A DNA stretch of 64,000 bases, from the IMG/VR virus record IMGVR_UViG_3300027777_000002, positions 2,559-66,558 of that record. One strand, written 5' to 3'. Below, piece by piece: positions 48,501 through 58,286 of this stretch (position 1 is the stretch's first letter; every line of letters starts with the position of its first letter). Origin of the DNA: a virus. The notes under the pieces were generated by a model. It ran no database searches. It saw nothing but the letters and a program-made list of their open reading frames with translations, and was not told the origin of the DNA. A program made the translations under genes and the position numbers.

Positions 48501-51500
48501 TAATGCTGGGCGCCGTAGTAACGACTTGCCCGACTTAACAAAGCAAGAAGAGAATACAGTACGTACCGTTGTTGAAGTGTATCTTGGAACTAAAGCTGAA
48601 CGTGCTACAGGGTATCGTGCGACTCGTTTGCGTGCTCAAGAAAAAGGCGCCGCTAAGCTTACTCCTGAAGATACAGCCATAGCTGAAGCATTTGAAAAAG
48701 CCGGATTTGAAGGTGCAAGCGAATTAACTAAAAAGCAAAAACAAATTATGCAGGCTGTTGGTATTGATCCAACAGAATTTGATGGGCACTCATCAGCTGA
48801 AATACAAGCGCTGTACAACCGTGTTAACTTTGTACAAAAACAATACGACGCCGCTTCCGCTGGTTTAGAAAAAGCGCAAGTTTCGGGCGATATTGATGCG
48901 CAAAAACAATTTAAAGTTAGAAAAAACAAACTTAAAACTCGTCTTGACGAAGTTAAAGCTAAGTACGATACCGCTACAAAAGCGTTTGTTGAAGGCGCAG
49001 AAGAAGAAACAGGTGTAATTCGTACGGGTGTTAAAAAAGAAGAAGCTGATGAAATTTTAAACAGACTTAAAGCTCTTAAAGAAGCGTTTGGTTCTAAAGC
49101 GTATAAGTATAGAGAAGCGCCTGCTATTACCGCCACTAAGATGGGCGAGACTAAAGACATTAATGTAACACCAAAAGAAGCTGATACGGCAAAACTTTTA
49201 AAAGAAGGCGAGAAAAAAGCTGCTCGTGAAACAGGTCTTGGACTACCCGGTAAACGAGTTACTACTCAAGTATCTACCGGCACAATATATGAAACCGATT
49301 TAGTCAATGCCGATAAAACAGCTAAAAAACTTGGTAATTTGTTTAAAAAATCTAACGACCAACTAAAAAGCGAAAATGAGCGTGAAGCTGCCCGTAAAGT
49401 ATATGAAGAGGCACTTGAAAAAGATGGTAAACGTTTAGAAGATTTAGGCTTTGGTGACGTAAAAGACGAAGACAGTTTAGCGGGTATGCTGCTTGCTCGT
49501 GCAAAACTTGACGACCCTAAGTCGGCAGAATACAAACGTTTAACCGACAGCATTAATAAAGAACAAAACTCGTTGCGTGAAGCCGCCGCCAGAATAACTA
49601 AAGCAGAACGTTTCAAAAAAGATATTGGCGAAAGCTCAATAGAAAAAGAAGAGAAAGCTAAAGCACTACAAGCGGAACAACTTGAAGAGTCTAAACGCAC
49701 CGTTGAGCGTAGAAAAAATCGTGTTACTGAAAAACAACGTGCTGCAATTAAAGCAACTGTTGAAAAAGAACTTGCGGCTGCTAGAGCTAAATTAATTAAA
49801 AAAGTACCCGATAATGCTACGGCAGCGCAAAGAAAGTCTATCAACGCAGCCAATGACAAAATTCGTATTGAAAGACAAACTTTAGAAGCTCAGCTCGATA
49901 TTATTAATGGCGGTGATTTTGAGGCGTTGCGCACTCGTGGCAAGATTAAAGAAGAAGCTTCTGACCGTTTGTATAAAAAATCTGCTTTTGAAAAAGAAGA
50001 AGATAAGAAACTTCGTGACGTAATAGAGAAAGATGAAAAAGGCATTGAATTAACTGATGCTGAAGAAAAAATTTATACTGACGCTTCGTCTAAAGGAATT
50101 AATGCCGAAGGATGGTTAAAAGGCGAAGCAGAAACCACAATAAGAGCTATTGATGAAATAAAGCAAAAATATTTAGACGAAGCAGCTACCAAAAAAGAGC
50201 TTATATATTACGTTGACACTCTTAGAAAGTGGCGCGGTATTGCTCGTAAAAAAGAACAGCGCGCTGACTTTTTATATTTAGACAAACAAGTAAAAGACGT
50301 ATCAAAACGCCTTAAAACTTTACAAGAAGAAGCCGCTGCCCCAGCTTTAGAAAAACATGCTGCTCGTGAAGAAGCGGAATATGCCGCATCGCCAGCCGGT
50401 AAGAAAACTGCCAAACGTATTGGGTTTGTTAAAAAGCGTATTGCTGAAAAAGAAACAAAGAAAGCGTTTGCGTCAGCCGCTGAAATGTATGAAGCTGAAA
50501 TGCTTAAAGCACGTAAGGCTGGTTTTCAATCTCCCGAAGAGATGGAGCGTTATATTCGCAACGCCAGCAAGTCAATGGACGTTGAAGAAAACACACGAGA
50601 TATACGTAATCTATTTGATAGAGACCTTTCAGAGTTAGATTACGATAACTATGACGATTTTGGTAACGTGTTCCGTTTAGGCTCAAAAGAAAAAACTACG
50701 GCAAACCTTAAAGAAACACGACGTGTTGCTGACGAGTTTAAAGCTAAACTGCCTGAAGGAGTTAAGTTTGAATACGCTGATACTGCAGTAGAGTTGCCTG
50801 ACTATGTTCGCCGTCAAATTTCTAAAGAAGAAGCGGACATAATGAAGGGTGCCGTACTTAAAGACGGTACTATTGTTATTGTTGGCGACACGCACAAGAC
50901 TATGCTGGACTTTGAAAAAACGTTAGCACACGAAGCTGTTGGACACTACGGATTAGATCGTTTGCTTGGGCTAGAAGGTATGGTTAATTTAGCTAAGCGC
51001 ATTGAAGCACAGCCCGGCGGGTTTGTTCGTATGTCTAGAGAACTTGGCGTACTTGATGATGTTATGCACGCTATTAGAGAAGCTAGAAAGAGCGACCCTA
51101 ATCTAACGCCTGAACAAGAAATGATGGTGGGCGTGCGTGAAATGATTGCGCACTTTGAAGAACAGCGTTTAGATAGCAAAAACTTTTTACAAAAAGCTCA
51201 ACGTTTTATTAAAGAGTTAATAGGTCAGTTTAAAGATTGGCTACGTAAAAACAATTTAATGGAGTTAAGTAAGGTTACTGACGCCGACTTATTGTTTGTG
51301 CTTAAGCGTTCTAAAGAAGCAATGGAAAGCAGAGGCGGTTTACGTTCCGGCGATATTGGCATGGAAACTGCTTTCCGTAAAGCTAAACCTACTGACAGCA
51401 ACGATCCGTTGATGCAGCTTTCTAACACATTAGTTGCTAAACCAAAAACAGTTACCGAATCTTTTAAAGGCAACTTAGCGGCTTTTAATACGCAGTTTGT

Positions 51501-53997
51501 TGATCGCCTAGCGCCAATTAAAGAGATATGGCGCCGTATGGGTGAAAATGCGGCATCTTCACAAATGATTTACAAACTACTGTCTCATGGACAGCGGACT
51601 AACATTACTAGTGAAACTTTGGTAAACGGCGCTCGTGTGTTTTACACCGACCCAACTACAGGCGAAGTAACTATCCGTGCGTCGGGTGGACCCGGCATGA
51701 AACAAGTTTTAGATGAGTTGCTTAAGTCAACTAAAGGTAATCCTGAAGCGTTAAATCAAATGTTTACTGCATATGCTGCAGCTAAACGTGCTAAAAGCGT
51801 TGGGTTTGAAAAACTGGTACGTGACGGTGAAATTGACGGTAACAAAATTACCAAAGATATGCTGGCTGCCGCTGAAAGATCAGGCGATGCGGACCCTGCG
51901 TTTGTTAAAGCGTTTGAAACATATCAAAAATATAACCACGGCTTAATTGATTCCTTAGCTAGTTCTGGATACATATCTAAAGATAGTGCGGCTAAGTTTA
52001 AAGCTAAAAACTACATACCTTACTATCGTGCTCGTGGCGGTAACGTAGATTTAATCATTGGTAACGAGTCTCCAATTCGTATTGGTTCTTTAAAAGACCA
52101 ACCATATCTACATGAACTAGTTGGTGACAACACAAAGATTCAAGACTTTTTCCGTACTTCTGTACAGAACACCAACATGATTACTGAAATGGCTTTGCGC
52201 AATGATGCAACAGCCAGCGTAGCTAACACGTTAAAGAATCTTGGAATTGCTGAAATTCATAAAGGTAGCGGGCCAGCAGGACCAAACGTAATACGGTTTA
52301 AAAACGATGGTAAGGACTACCACGCTGTAATTGATACATCTAAAAACGCCGAGTTTAGCGATATTAGCTCAGAGCTTTTAGTTAAAGGTTTAGAAGGCAT
52401 ACCTACTCAGCTTCCGGGTATTGTGCGTTTGCTTGGCATACCGGCTAACTGGCTACGTAAAGGCGTAACACGTAACCCATTCTATGCGTACAAACAGTTA
52501 GTGCGTGACCCAATATCCGCTTGGTTAACATCAGGCGCTGATTTTGTGCCTATTTTATCGTCGCTTAATGAGATTAATAAAGCCGTACGTGGTCAAAGCG
52601 ATACAGCTAAAAAATTACAAGAAGCCGGTATTTTAGGTGGGGAAATTTACACAGGGCGTGCAGAAGATTTAAATCAAATTGTTACTCGCCTTAAGTCAGG
52701 CAAAGCTAATTTAAATGGCGCTATGGCTTTTATGGATAGAGTAGCTACTGAAGCAGATGCGTCCACTCGTTCTGTTATATACGAAAACTATCGCAAGCAA
52801 GGCTTGTCAGATATGGAAGCGCAGATTGCCACAATGGAGTCAATGAACTTCAATACTCGTGGTGCGTCGCCTTCTATGCACTGGGTTAACACAATGGTGC
52901 CGTTTTTTAATTCGGCGATTCAAGGCTACAACGTAATGTATAAAGCGTTTAGTGGCAATATGCCTTACGCTAAGCGTTTAGAGTTGCAAAACAAATTAAT
53001 AAAACGTGGCTCAATGATAATGGGTATGTCTATTTTGTATGCTATAGCGCAACAAGATAACGAAGCGTATCAAAACGCTACGCCTGAACAGCGTTACATG
53101 AATTGGTTTATACCCGGCATGGGCAAAGATGGTAAAGAATCATTTAGATTGCCAATCCCGTTTGAAATAGGTTATATATTTAAAGCGTTACCTGAAGCTA
53201 TTGTACGTATGGCTTATGCTGACGACAAAGCTAAAGAAGGCTTAGATGCAATTAAGACTGTATTGCAAGCAACTAATCCTATTGGAATACCCACCGCTAT
53301 TAAAGCACCGCTTGAAATTGCTATGAACCGTTCAGTGTATTCAGGGGCGGAAGTAGAAAGCAAACGTTTGCAGGGGTTAAGACCAAACGAGCGTTATTAC
53401 GATACGACTACAGAAGTGGCTAAGTTAATTGGCGGTAATCTTGGAGAGGTTGGTAACTTCTTTGGTATATCACCAGCTAAAATAGACTACTTAGCTAAAG
53501 GGTATTTTGGTGGGCTGTATACAACCGTTGCTACATTGGTAAATCCTTTAATCGCCGATATACGCGGTGATAAATCTACTGTAAAACCTGACGGCACAAT
53601 GGCTGATTTGCCTGTGTTTGGTCAAATGTTCCAACCTAAAGATGCTGGCGGTCTTACTATGAAAGCGTACGATGTTTTAGAAAAAGCATCGCAGTATTCT
53701 GAAACATATAAGCATTTCCAAGAAACGGGCGCTGAAAAAGAAGCTGAAGAATACGGCAAAAAATACGAACAAGAAATTAATATTGGTATGGGCGCTGCTA
53801 GTATGAAAGCTGAGTTAGATCAGTTGTCAGGACAAATTCGCAAAGTAAAAGAACAGCGTTTACCTTCCGGTATGGATTCTAAACAGTTTGCAATTCAAAA
53901 ACGTGAACAGTTAGATGAATTGATGCGAACTAGAGCAAAACTAGCAAAACAATTTAGTGCCCAGATCGCCGAAACAAAACGCCAATCTTCCCGTTAA
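45574..53997 (+). CDS. giant polyvalent virion protein (coiled coil + zincin-like HExxGH + LPD38-like C-terminus)
   Basis: 2807 aa; LAHEAVGH at about 50925; VPFFNSAIQG and RLPIPFEIG motifs near the C-terminus. Confidence 0.75.
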   Translation: MPYLPLPNGSYVEVPKGLSDEEALKLAKEQFPEGFEDYAKHKEKTGFFPALTSGFKTGAGSYAQGIGNTANLEGVNKYGTELKKAGEEGFQSTTDQDIEIAKRQGITSLLGTGLSKYITEPVGGMLGSLAGRYGAPIAANTVGRVAGPVVGAAAFAATNFPAYLGEFVQAQKEKGQEADFGKALVPALVSTVVDSLGNEIVGGAMKGFALRTATQEAKLLAPKVLSGELGAQEAAAQISGKLSNVLKGTVEAAGAGAASGIANEAGRLYSIGKDIFSPEAYEQYIQAAKDMGMVAPFFGLLRMGEPRRAKKLIDEAGKKVESEKLATEKAAAEAEQKAYRESPEGIAEMAQQRTTLEQQIADLKAVLKDKTLPDEERLLGKEQIGDLYKQLNELKKQTGEVEEKPSTLEGRLEELRLKREQEAIAAQQQEQIIKQKEIDDAAKAEELKQGAEVIKQNPDLAQAAHAELYKQVDDLETRLRDAAENGDVEKVKKIGEEYDTKLAALQRLQAHGKEAGISFEPLEKQLAAAKRQLANVTKKLADDKVLEPGKREEMAAAVDAAKARVTALQGYINDLNRRDVLRGEEKAELPNPKDYRDIPEEERIARLVGIKSDNIKYRQMLDTDTLTKVADDLDKNKLNKESANALGLPAGQTAWYFDKGPTKKVDTLRNHVAEALATIEEDAAFAKAHNLQIEPDARVGVLTNLYEKLNAIKPAEGEKAPTSAVSLLRSARGEQPYLQYVAKKAAAKRLKLEEPKLKEGYRPEHLERIRKEIADIENTLKIDEDQAKKAKKKNKKAGKFAVEIVQYKQLTKDEKARMLRRKARLEQDLEDAQMQGEWKATESLKIQAALEDVNLKIEDAKNNPKTKITKNGVANLLNLKKRLELDLAKAQQGEFGQLAGAPTPKGTVAGEQAVPAKRQETAISEIIDNIDSLRKGEFFGGTAGKEGLLESRSREVILRSIRNEIDTYAAGAITEINAGRRSNDLPDLTKQEENTVRTVVEVYLGTKAERATGYRATRLRAQEKGAAKLTPEDTAIAEAFEKAGFEGASELTKKQKQIMQAVGIDPTEFDGHSSAEIQALYNRVNFVQKQYDAASAGLEKAQVSGDIDAQKQFKVRKNKLKTRLDEVKAKYDTATKAFVEGAEEETGVIRTGVKKEEADEILNRLKALKEAFGSKAYKYREAPAITATKMGETKDINVTPKEADTAKLLKEGEKKAARETGLGLPGKRVTTQVSTGTIYETDLVNADKTAKKLGNLFKKSNDQLKSENEREAARKVYEEALEKDGKRLEDLGFGDVKDEDSLAGMLLARAKLDDPKSAEYKRLTDSINKEQNSLREAAARITKAERFKKDIGESSIEKEEKAKALQAEQLEESKRTVERRKNRVTEKQRAAIKATVEKELAAARAKLIKKVPDNATAAQRKSINAANDKIRIERQTLEAQLDIINGGDFEALRTRGKIKEEASDRLYKKSAFEKEEDKKLRDVIEKDEKGIELTDAEEKIYTDASSKGINAEGWLKGEAETTIRAIDEIKQKYLDEAATKKELIYYVDTLRKWRGIARKKEQRADFLYLDKQVKDVSKRLKTLQEEAAAPALEKHAAREEAEYAASPAGKKTAKRIGFVKKRIAEKETKKAFASAAEMYEAEMLKARKAGFQSPEEMERYIRNASKSMDVEENTRDIRNLFDRDLSELDYDNYDDFGNVFRLGSKEKTTANLKETRRVADEFKAKLPEGVKFEYADTAVELPDYVRRQISKEEADIMKGAVLKDGTIVIVGDTHKTMLDFEKTLAHEAVGHYGLDRLLGLEGMVNLAKRIEAQPGGFVRMSRELGVLDDVMHAIREARKSDPNLTPEQEMMVGVREMIAHFEEQRLDSKNFLQKAQRFIKELIGQFKDWLRKNNLMELSKVTDADLLFVLKRSKEAMESRGGLRSGDIGMETAFRKAKPTDSNDPLMQLSNTLVAKPKTVTESFKGNLAAFNTQFVDRLAPIKEIWRRMGENAASSQMIYKLLSHGQRTNITSETLVNGARVFYTDPTTGEVTIRASGGPGMKQVLDELLKSTKGNPEALNQMFTAYAAAKRAKSVGFEKLVRDGEIDGNKITKDMLAAAERSGDADPAFVKAFETYQKYNHGLIDSLASSGYISKDSAAKFKAKNYIPYYRARGGNVDLIIGNESPIRIGSLKDQPYLHELVGDNTKIQDFFRTSVQNTNMITEMALRNDATASVANTLKNLGIAEIHKGSGPAGPNVIRFKNDGKDYHAVIDTSKNAEFSDISSELLVKGLEGIPTQLPGIVRLLGIPANWLRKGVTRNPFYAYKQLVRDPISAWLTSGADFVPILSSLNEINKAVRGQSDTAKKLQEAGILGGEIYTGRAEDLNQIVTRLKSGKANLNGAMAFMDRVATEADASTRSVIYENYRKQGLSDMEAQIATMESMNFNTRGASPSMHWVNTMVPFFNSAIQGYNVMYKAFSGNMPYAKRLELQNKLIKRGSMIMGMSILYAIAQQDNEAYQNATPEQRYMNWFIPGMGKDGKESFRLPIPFEIGYIFKALPEAIVRMAYADDKAKEGLDAIKTVLQATNPIGIPTAIKAPLEIAMNRSVYSGAEVESKRLQGLRPNERYYDTTTEVAKLIGGNLGEVGNFFGISPAKIDYLAKGYFGGLYTTVATLVNPLIADIRGDKSTVKPDGTMADLPVFGQMFQPKDAGGLTMKAYDVLEKASQYSETYKHFQETGAEKEAEEYGKKYEQEINIGMGAASMKAELDQLSGQIRKVKEQRLPSGMDSKQFAIQKREQLDELMRTRAKLAKQFSAQIAETKRQSSR

Positions 53998-54151
53998 CAA
54001 TGCCGAACTCGGCTTTGCCTTTGATGTGGTGATGTACGGCGGCTTTAAGTCCTTCCTCTCGGACTTCGGTTAGCTTTAAAGTAGGAACAAAGAACGCCCC
54101 TTTTGGGGGCGTTGTCTGCCAAGGATAATGCACTCTAAGTTTCCTGCTCAT
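53954..54151 (-). CDS. small hypothetical protein (possible DNA-binding)
   Basis: YPW...GAFFVP...GVLFRR; overlaps the primase stop. Confidence 0.65.
   Translation of the reverse strand: MSRKLRVHYPWQTTPPKGAFFVPTLKLTEVREEGLKAAVHHHIKGKAEFGIVNGKIGVLFRRSGH
54093..54113. terminator. GC hairpin near the convergence point
   Basis: AACGCCCC/GGGGCGTT stem; lies within a CDS and has only a weak U-tract. Confidence 0.3.
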
Positions 54152-57002
54152 CCGATGCGTCTACTCTGCGACTTATTTTCATTACGTTGACACGCATACT
54201 AGGACCCTTGGTTTTAAACAATAGGTTCTTCTTTTCGTGATACGAAACCATATAAGCTGGTAACGCTTCCATTTGTTTCTTGAAATTTGAATAGCCAAAG
54301 CTCATTGATACGCAGTGCGACCGAAGTTGTTGCTCTTCAATGTAGTAATCAATCCAGCCGGGGGTCATATTATGATCTACCCTACCGGCAATCTGCGAGC
54401 GTGTAAGTGATTGGTCTACTGCCTCGCCGGTTCCAAGCATGGCTTCTGTTGTACCGTTAAAAATTTTAACAATAACAAACTTGCCATAGTTCTCTCGGGT
54501 GTAGGCATTGAGGATGTCTTCTGCTGTACGCTGTGAGCCAAAGATTATTACCCTAGCCCTGTCAACCATTCCACGCAAAACATCAACAACTGGCCTAACA
54601 GGTATATCAATAATATTGGCGTACTTAGAACTAAGAAGAATAGTAGTAGCAACAATACAAGCGTTGCCAGCAGACCAAAAGCGCTCGTCGTTGGTGGATT
54701 TAAACTCTTTCTTAAGCGAGTCGTAAGTTTTCTTATAGACATCTTTAACTGTCTCCCTGTTCTGCACTACCCAATGAATAAAGCGTTCGCCTGCTACGCC
54801 GTAATTTAGTTTTAATTTATCTAGCGTAGCGGATTCCACTACGTTCCATTCTAGTTTAACTGTTGGGCATTCTTCAAGAATACGAAGCATCTCTGCTTGT
54901 GAAGCGTGTTTTCTCATACCGCCAAGGTAATCATAGACGTGGGTATTAGAACTAAGCAAAGCTATTGACTTCCAGTCCAATACATTTAACCTCTCTTTAT
55001 TCGCATTACTCTCCATACGCTCCTTGCCCTTACCCTGTGATTGGTCTAGCAAGAAGGTAGGCAACCACTCAAAGTCTTCACGACTCTTAGCCGTAATCTC
55101 GTCAGAGATCAAAGGCAAACTACCTAGCAAACCTTGACGTTGTTGCAAAGCAACCGCTGATGTAGCTTGCCCTACCCTGTATTTCTCAGGCTCGCCAAAG
55201 AAGCTTTCAGCAAGCGCTAGCGCTAGTGACTTGCCAGTACCCGATGTATCTGAACCGAGGTGGTATGTCATACCGCTAAAGCCTGTGAACTCCATAAGGA
55301 TAGACGCTGGACCCGCTATACCGATAGTCAGGATGTTCCAAATCTCTCGTTTAATAAACAGATTCATAACCTCACGCCACTCCTCTATGGAGCCAGCCGA
55401 CTTACAAGCCTTATTGATATTCTCAAGTCCGGGTGTTGGGACAAACATTTTTTTGCCGTTGGGCGAGTATATACAACTGCTATATACAAAGGTTCTATCT
55501 TCTTGCCAACCATATTTATTAGGAACCTTGATTGCCGCTTTGTTAGCGCTAGCTACTTCTACGCAGGCACGGATGTATTCAAACAAGTTCTTATCGTTGC
55601 CTGAACCAAAAGCTGCAATAATGTTTTGGCTAGCTAAAGCCTTTACAGTTTCGTCTTTACTTACTACAGCCCGTTGTGGAAGCAGAATATCTACTACGCC
55701 TTCAGGTCTAAACGCCATCATGTGAACGCTATGCTCCCCGTTGCGGTTAAGAATGTCCACAACAAATAAGTCATACGGCAATAGCAAAACTTGTTTGCGA
55801 GATTTACTGCCATCAGCATCTTCCATGATTTTGTCCATGTAGATACCGCCATGTTCGCCGTAGCTAAATCCTTTTGGTGGTACAGGGCGTGTAACTGCTA
55901 CTGGCACAGCTTGTGTTTCTATCTCAGCTTCTTCTTTGGCTTGCTCAATCACCAATTCTTTCTCGGTGTTGTCAGTTTTTAATTCTCTCCCCCATACCAG
56001 AGGGTTAGTAATTTTACCTAGGTGCGGGCATGAGGTACAAATGCCGGGGTTTATTTCATCTAGTTTTAAGCAAGGACTTGGACCCTTGGTGCTGTTCCAT
56101 TTAGCGTTGATGCGTTCTTCATCGTATGGGTGCATTGCACCTAGTTTTTGCGCCCACTCGTAGCCGTCATCGCATTTCTTAGCCCATGACACTATGTTGA
56201 AAAACAATGGCTCCATGCCATCTTTGCTTGCGTTGGCTTTGTAGTGCTCAAGTTGACCGCATTGTTTTGTTGCGTCTATGTTTTTGAAAAACGTTGAGTT
56301 GTTTTCTATTAGTTTGACACTGGTTGCTCCTGTTGCTTTAGGGCGCTTGCCGGGTATATTGAGGGAGGTCTGCTCGTAGCTAGTAGTTAGCAAGTCTTTG
56401 AGGATAGCGTTGATCTTGTCTAGTTCAAACACCCCGCCAGCCACTTTAATAACCACTTTACGAGGTTTCTCTTGCTTGTAGTTGTTGGTGTCAGGAACCC
56501 TTAAAACCCTCGCCGCATCGCCTGTAACGCCGAAGTCAATACGTAGCCCTTCCTGTTTGCAAAGACGCTTTAGGTTCTCTGCTACGGGCTTCCAAGTGGC
56601 TATATCAACCTCTTCTATCAGGGGCCAATAAACGTGCAGTCCACCCCCACTAGATAAGATGTATGGGGTTCCAAGGTCGGCTAACGAAGTTGTAGACAAA
56701 AAGGAGTCCAGCGCCGCCGCAGCTTCGTTCTTATTAGAATAATCCTTTCCTTCGCCACAATCAATATCTAAAAATAGCGACTTGATTTTGGATGCGTTCT
56801 CTGCTACACGCTTGCCTGATTCTTTAAATGATGCTAGTGCGTAAAACGCATTGAGTCCTTGGCTATTAAACTGCATAGCTTCTTTGTATAAGTCTTCAAT
56901 TGATTCAACAAACTTGTGTTCTTTCTTGGCTGTACTTAATTCACAAGAGCAGTAATACCCCGATGACGGTAGCACAGTCGCTAAAAAATCTTGCGACTTC
57001 AT
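54135..57002 (-). CDS. primase-helicase (AEP/RepB-like primase + DUF927 + ATPase)
   Basis: FLDID, SGGGLHVYW, RVLRVP; Cys cluster; KYGW; GTGKS Walker A; ISDE Walker B. Confidence 0.85.
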   Translation of the reverse strand: MKSQDFLATVLPSSGYYCSCELSTAKKEHKFVESIEDLYKEAMQFNSQGLNAFYALASFKESGKRVAENASKIKSLFLDIDCGEGKDYSNKNEAAAALDSFLSTTSLADLGTPYILSSGGGLHVYWPLIEEVDIATWKPVAENLKRLCKQEGLRIDFGVTGDAARVLRVPDTNNYKQEKPRKVVIKVAGGVFELDKINAILKDLLTTSYEQTSLNIPGKRPKATGATSVKLIENNSTFFKNIDATKQCGQLEHYKANASKDGMEPLFFNIVSWAKKCDDGYEWAQKLGAMHPYDEERINAKWNSTKGPSPCLKLDEINPGICTSCPHLGKITNPLVWGRELKTDNTEKELVIEQAKEEAEIETQAVPVAVTRPVPPKGFSYGEHGGIYMDKIMEDADGSKSRKQVLLLPYDLFVVDILNRNGEHSVHMMAFRPEGVVDILLPQRAVVSKDETVKALASQNIIAAFGSGNDKNLFEYIRACVEVASANKAAIKVPNKYGWQEDRTFVYSSCIYSPNGKKMFVPTPGLENINKACKSAGSIEEWREVMNLFIKREIWNILTIGIAGPASILMEFTGFSGMTYHLGSDTSGTGKSLALALAESFFGEPEKYRVGQATSAVALQQRQGLLGSLPLISDEITAKSREDFEWLPTFLLDQSQGKGKERMESNANKERLNVLDWKSIALLSSNTHVYDYLGGMRKHASQAEMLRILEECPTVKLEWNVVESATLDKLKLNYGVAGERFIHWVVQNRETVKDVYKKTYDSLKKEFKSTNDERFWSAGNACIVATTILLSSKYANIIDIPVRPVVDVLRGMVDRARVIIFGSQRTAEDILNAYTRENYGKFVIVKIFNGTTEAMLGTGEAVDQSLTRSQIAGRVDHNMTPGWIDYYIEEQQLRSHCVSMSFGYSNFKKQMEALPAYMVSYHEKKNLLFKTKGPSMRVNVMKISRRVDASDEQET

Positions 57003-57011
57003 ATTTGCCCT

Positions 57012-57275
57012 TTATTTACGATTACATTTTCTCATTGCTTCTTCCGATGTTGCGCTAGATGCAAGAATAATTAATAGGTTTTCTACACTCTTACGATATG
57101 CTGGTGATACCTCGGACCCGCCAAACCAGTTATAAATTGATTGTCTTGTTGCGCCTGTGTATTCTGCAATTTTTATTACAGGGAAGTCCAACTTAATAGC
57201 CCAACGACCTAGTTGATTACCTAGCGTCTTTGGGGCGCTTGATGTTGTTTGTCTTATAGTTTCTGAATACGGCAT
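57012..57275 (-). CDS. XRE-like HTH protein
   Basis: IAEYTGATRQSIYNWF. Confidence 0.8.
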   Translation of the reverse strand: MPYSETIRQTTSSAPKTLGNQLGRWAIKLDFPVIKIAEYTGATRQSIYNWFGGSEVSPAYRKSVENLLIILASSATSEEAMRKCNRK

Positions 57276-57296
57276 ATTTCTCTCGTTAGTTAGGGT

Positions 57297-57384
57297 GGGG
57301 TACTTGCGTGATGTGAAGGAGCCGTCATAAATTAACGGTTATACAGGCTATTTAAGGTCGCCGAGCCGACCCACGCTTTCCCCC
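57297..57384 (-). ncRNA. candidate structured RNA with loop E-like motif
   Basis: GGGG-GAAA-GCGUG...CACGC-AAGUA-CCCC closing stem plus two internal hairpins. Confidence 0.55.
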
Positions 57385-57390
57385 AAAACT

Positions 57391-58275
57391 TTACTCGTCG
57401 TCTGTTTCCCACTCGCCAATAACTTCGGCTAGCTTGCCTGTTTTCTTGGCTGGTACTGCATTGGGTTTAACGGCGGGTTTGCGTTTCTCAGGCTCATCAA
57501 CCTCATCAGAGGCTTCTACCTTAACTGGCTTCTTGCCTTCTAACGCTAATGGCGTATCTGACTTCTTAGATACGCTCATTGTGATAGCTTGCTTGGCTTC
57601 AGTAGACTGCCCCTTCTTTGCACAAACCTCGTACTCATCATCAGTCAACCAACGCTGTGGTTGGAAGAACAACTTGGGTACTGCGGCTTTAGTATCAAAA
57701 CGTAAACGAGTTACCAAGGTTTCGGGGTTAATGCTCTGTGCCGCTAAGTAGCGTGCGTATGCCTGTAGTGGGCGCTTATCGCCATCTTCCTTACCAAAGA
57801 TAGAAGTAGCGGCTAGGGTCAACTGCATAACATCGCCATCCATATCGTTAGCTAATACAACCGCTAAGCGTTGGCTGAAACGGCAAGCACGAGAATCACC
57901 TTGCCCTGAACCCTTGGCATTTTGTGGGCAGTTAACACATGAATCAGATTGAGGTTCATCAATGCTTGCGTCAGGCTTATCGCCATCAGCAGACCAACAA
58001 TTAGGCGCAGAGGTAGCGCCTTCCTCGTAAGTGCCAGCATAGAATGTGCGGCTGATTTTTGGTGCGGCTTGCACAATGACTACGTCAAGGTGGCGGTCTT
58101 CAATAGACGCAACTTCTTTACCGCCAGCGACCAAGCGGAATACCCCGCCCTTTGTTGAAATACGTTTTGTTGATGACCCTACGCCACCGGCAAGGCTCTT
58201 AGCTAATGATGAAAGTTCTGCACTCTTAGCAAAGGCAGGCAGTTTTGAGGGATTAAATGTAGTGAGTTCACTCAT
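57391..58275 (-). CDS. probable ssDNA-binding/annealing protein
   Basis: Cys cluster (CWS...CVNC...ACR), acidic C-terminus WETDDE; lies in the replication module. Confidence 0.6.
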   Translation of the reverse strand: MSELTTFNPSKLPAFAKSAELSSLAKSLAGGVGSSTKRISTKGGVFRLVAGGKEVASIEDRHLDVVIVQAAPKISRTFYAGTYEEGATSAPNCWSADGDKPDASIDEPQSDSCVNCPQNAKGSGQGDSRACRFSQRLAVVLANDMDGDVMQLTLAATSIFGKEDGDKRPLQAYARYLAAQSINPETLVTRLRFDTKAAVPKLFFQPQRWLTDDEYEVCAKKGQSTEAKQAITMSVSKKSDTPLALEGKKPVKVEASDEVDEPEKRKPAVKPNAVPAKKTGKLAEVIGEWETDDE

Positions 58276-58286
58276 TTGTTTTTTCC

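Noticed and set aside
27271-51473. Many antisense ORFs opposite structural genes
   Set aside because: They are shadows of sense-strand codon bias, with no RBS or recognisable motifs.
57330-57372. Intact pistol ribozyme on the minus strand
   Set aside because: The P1 hairpin plus UUAAAUAG fits, but the loop GCUCGG needs CCGAGC downstream and CCGUUA is found. Kept only as an unassigned RNA.
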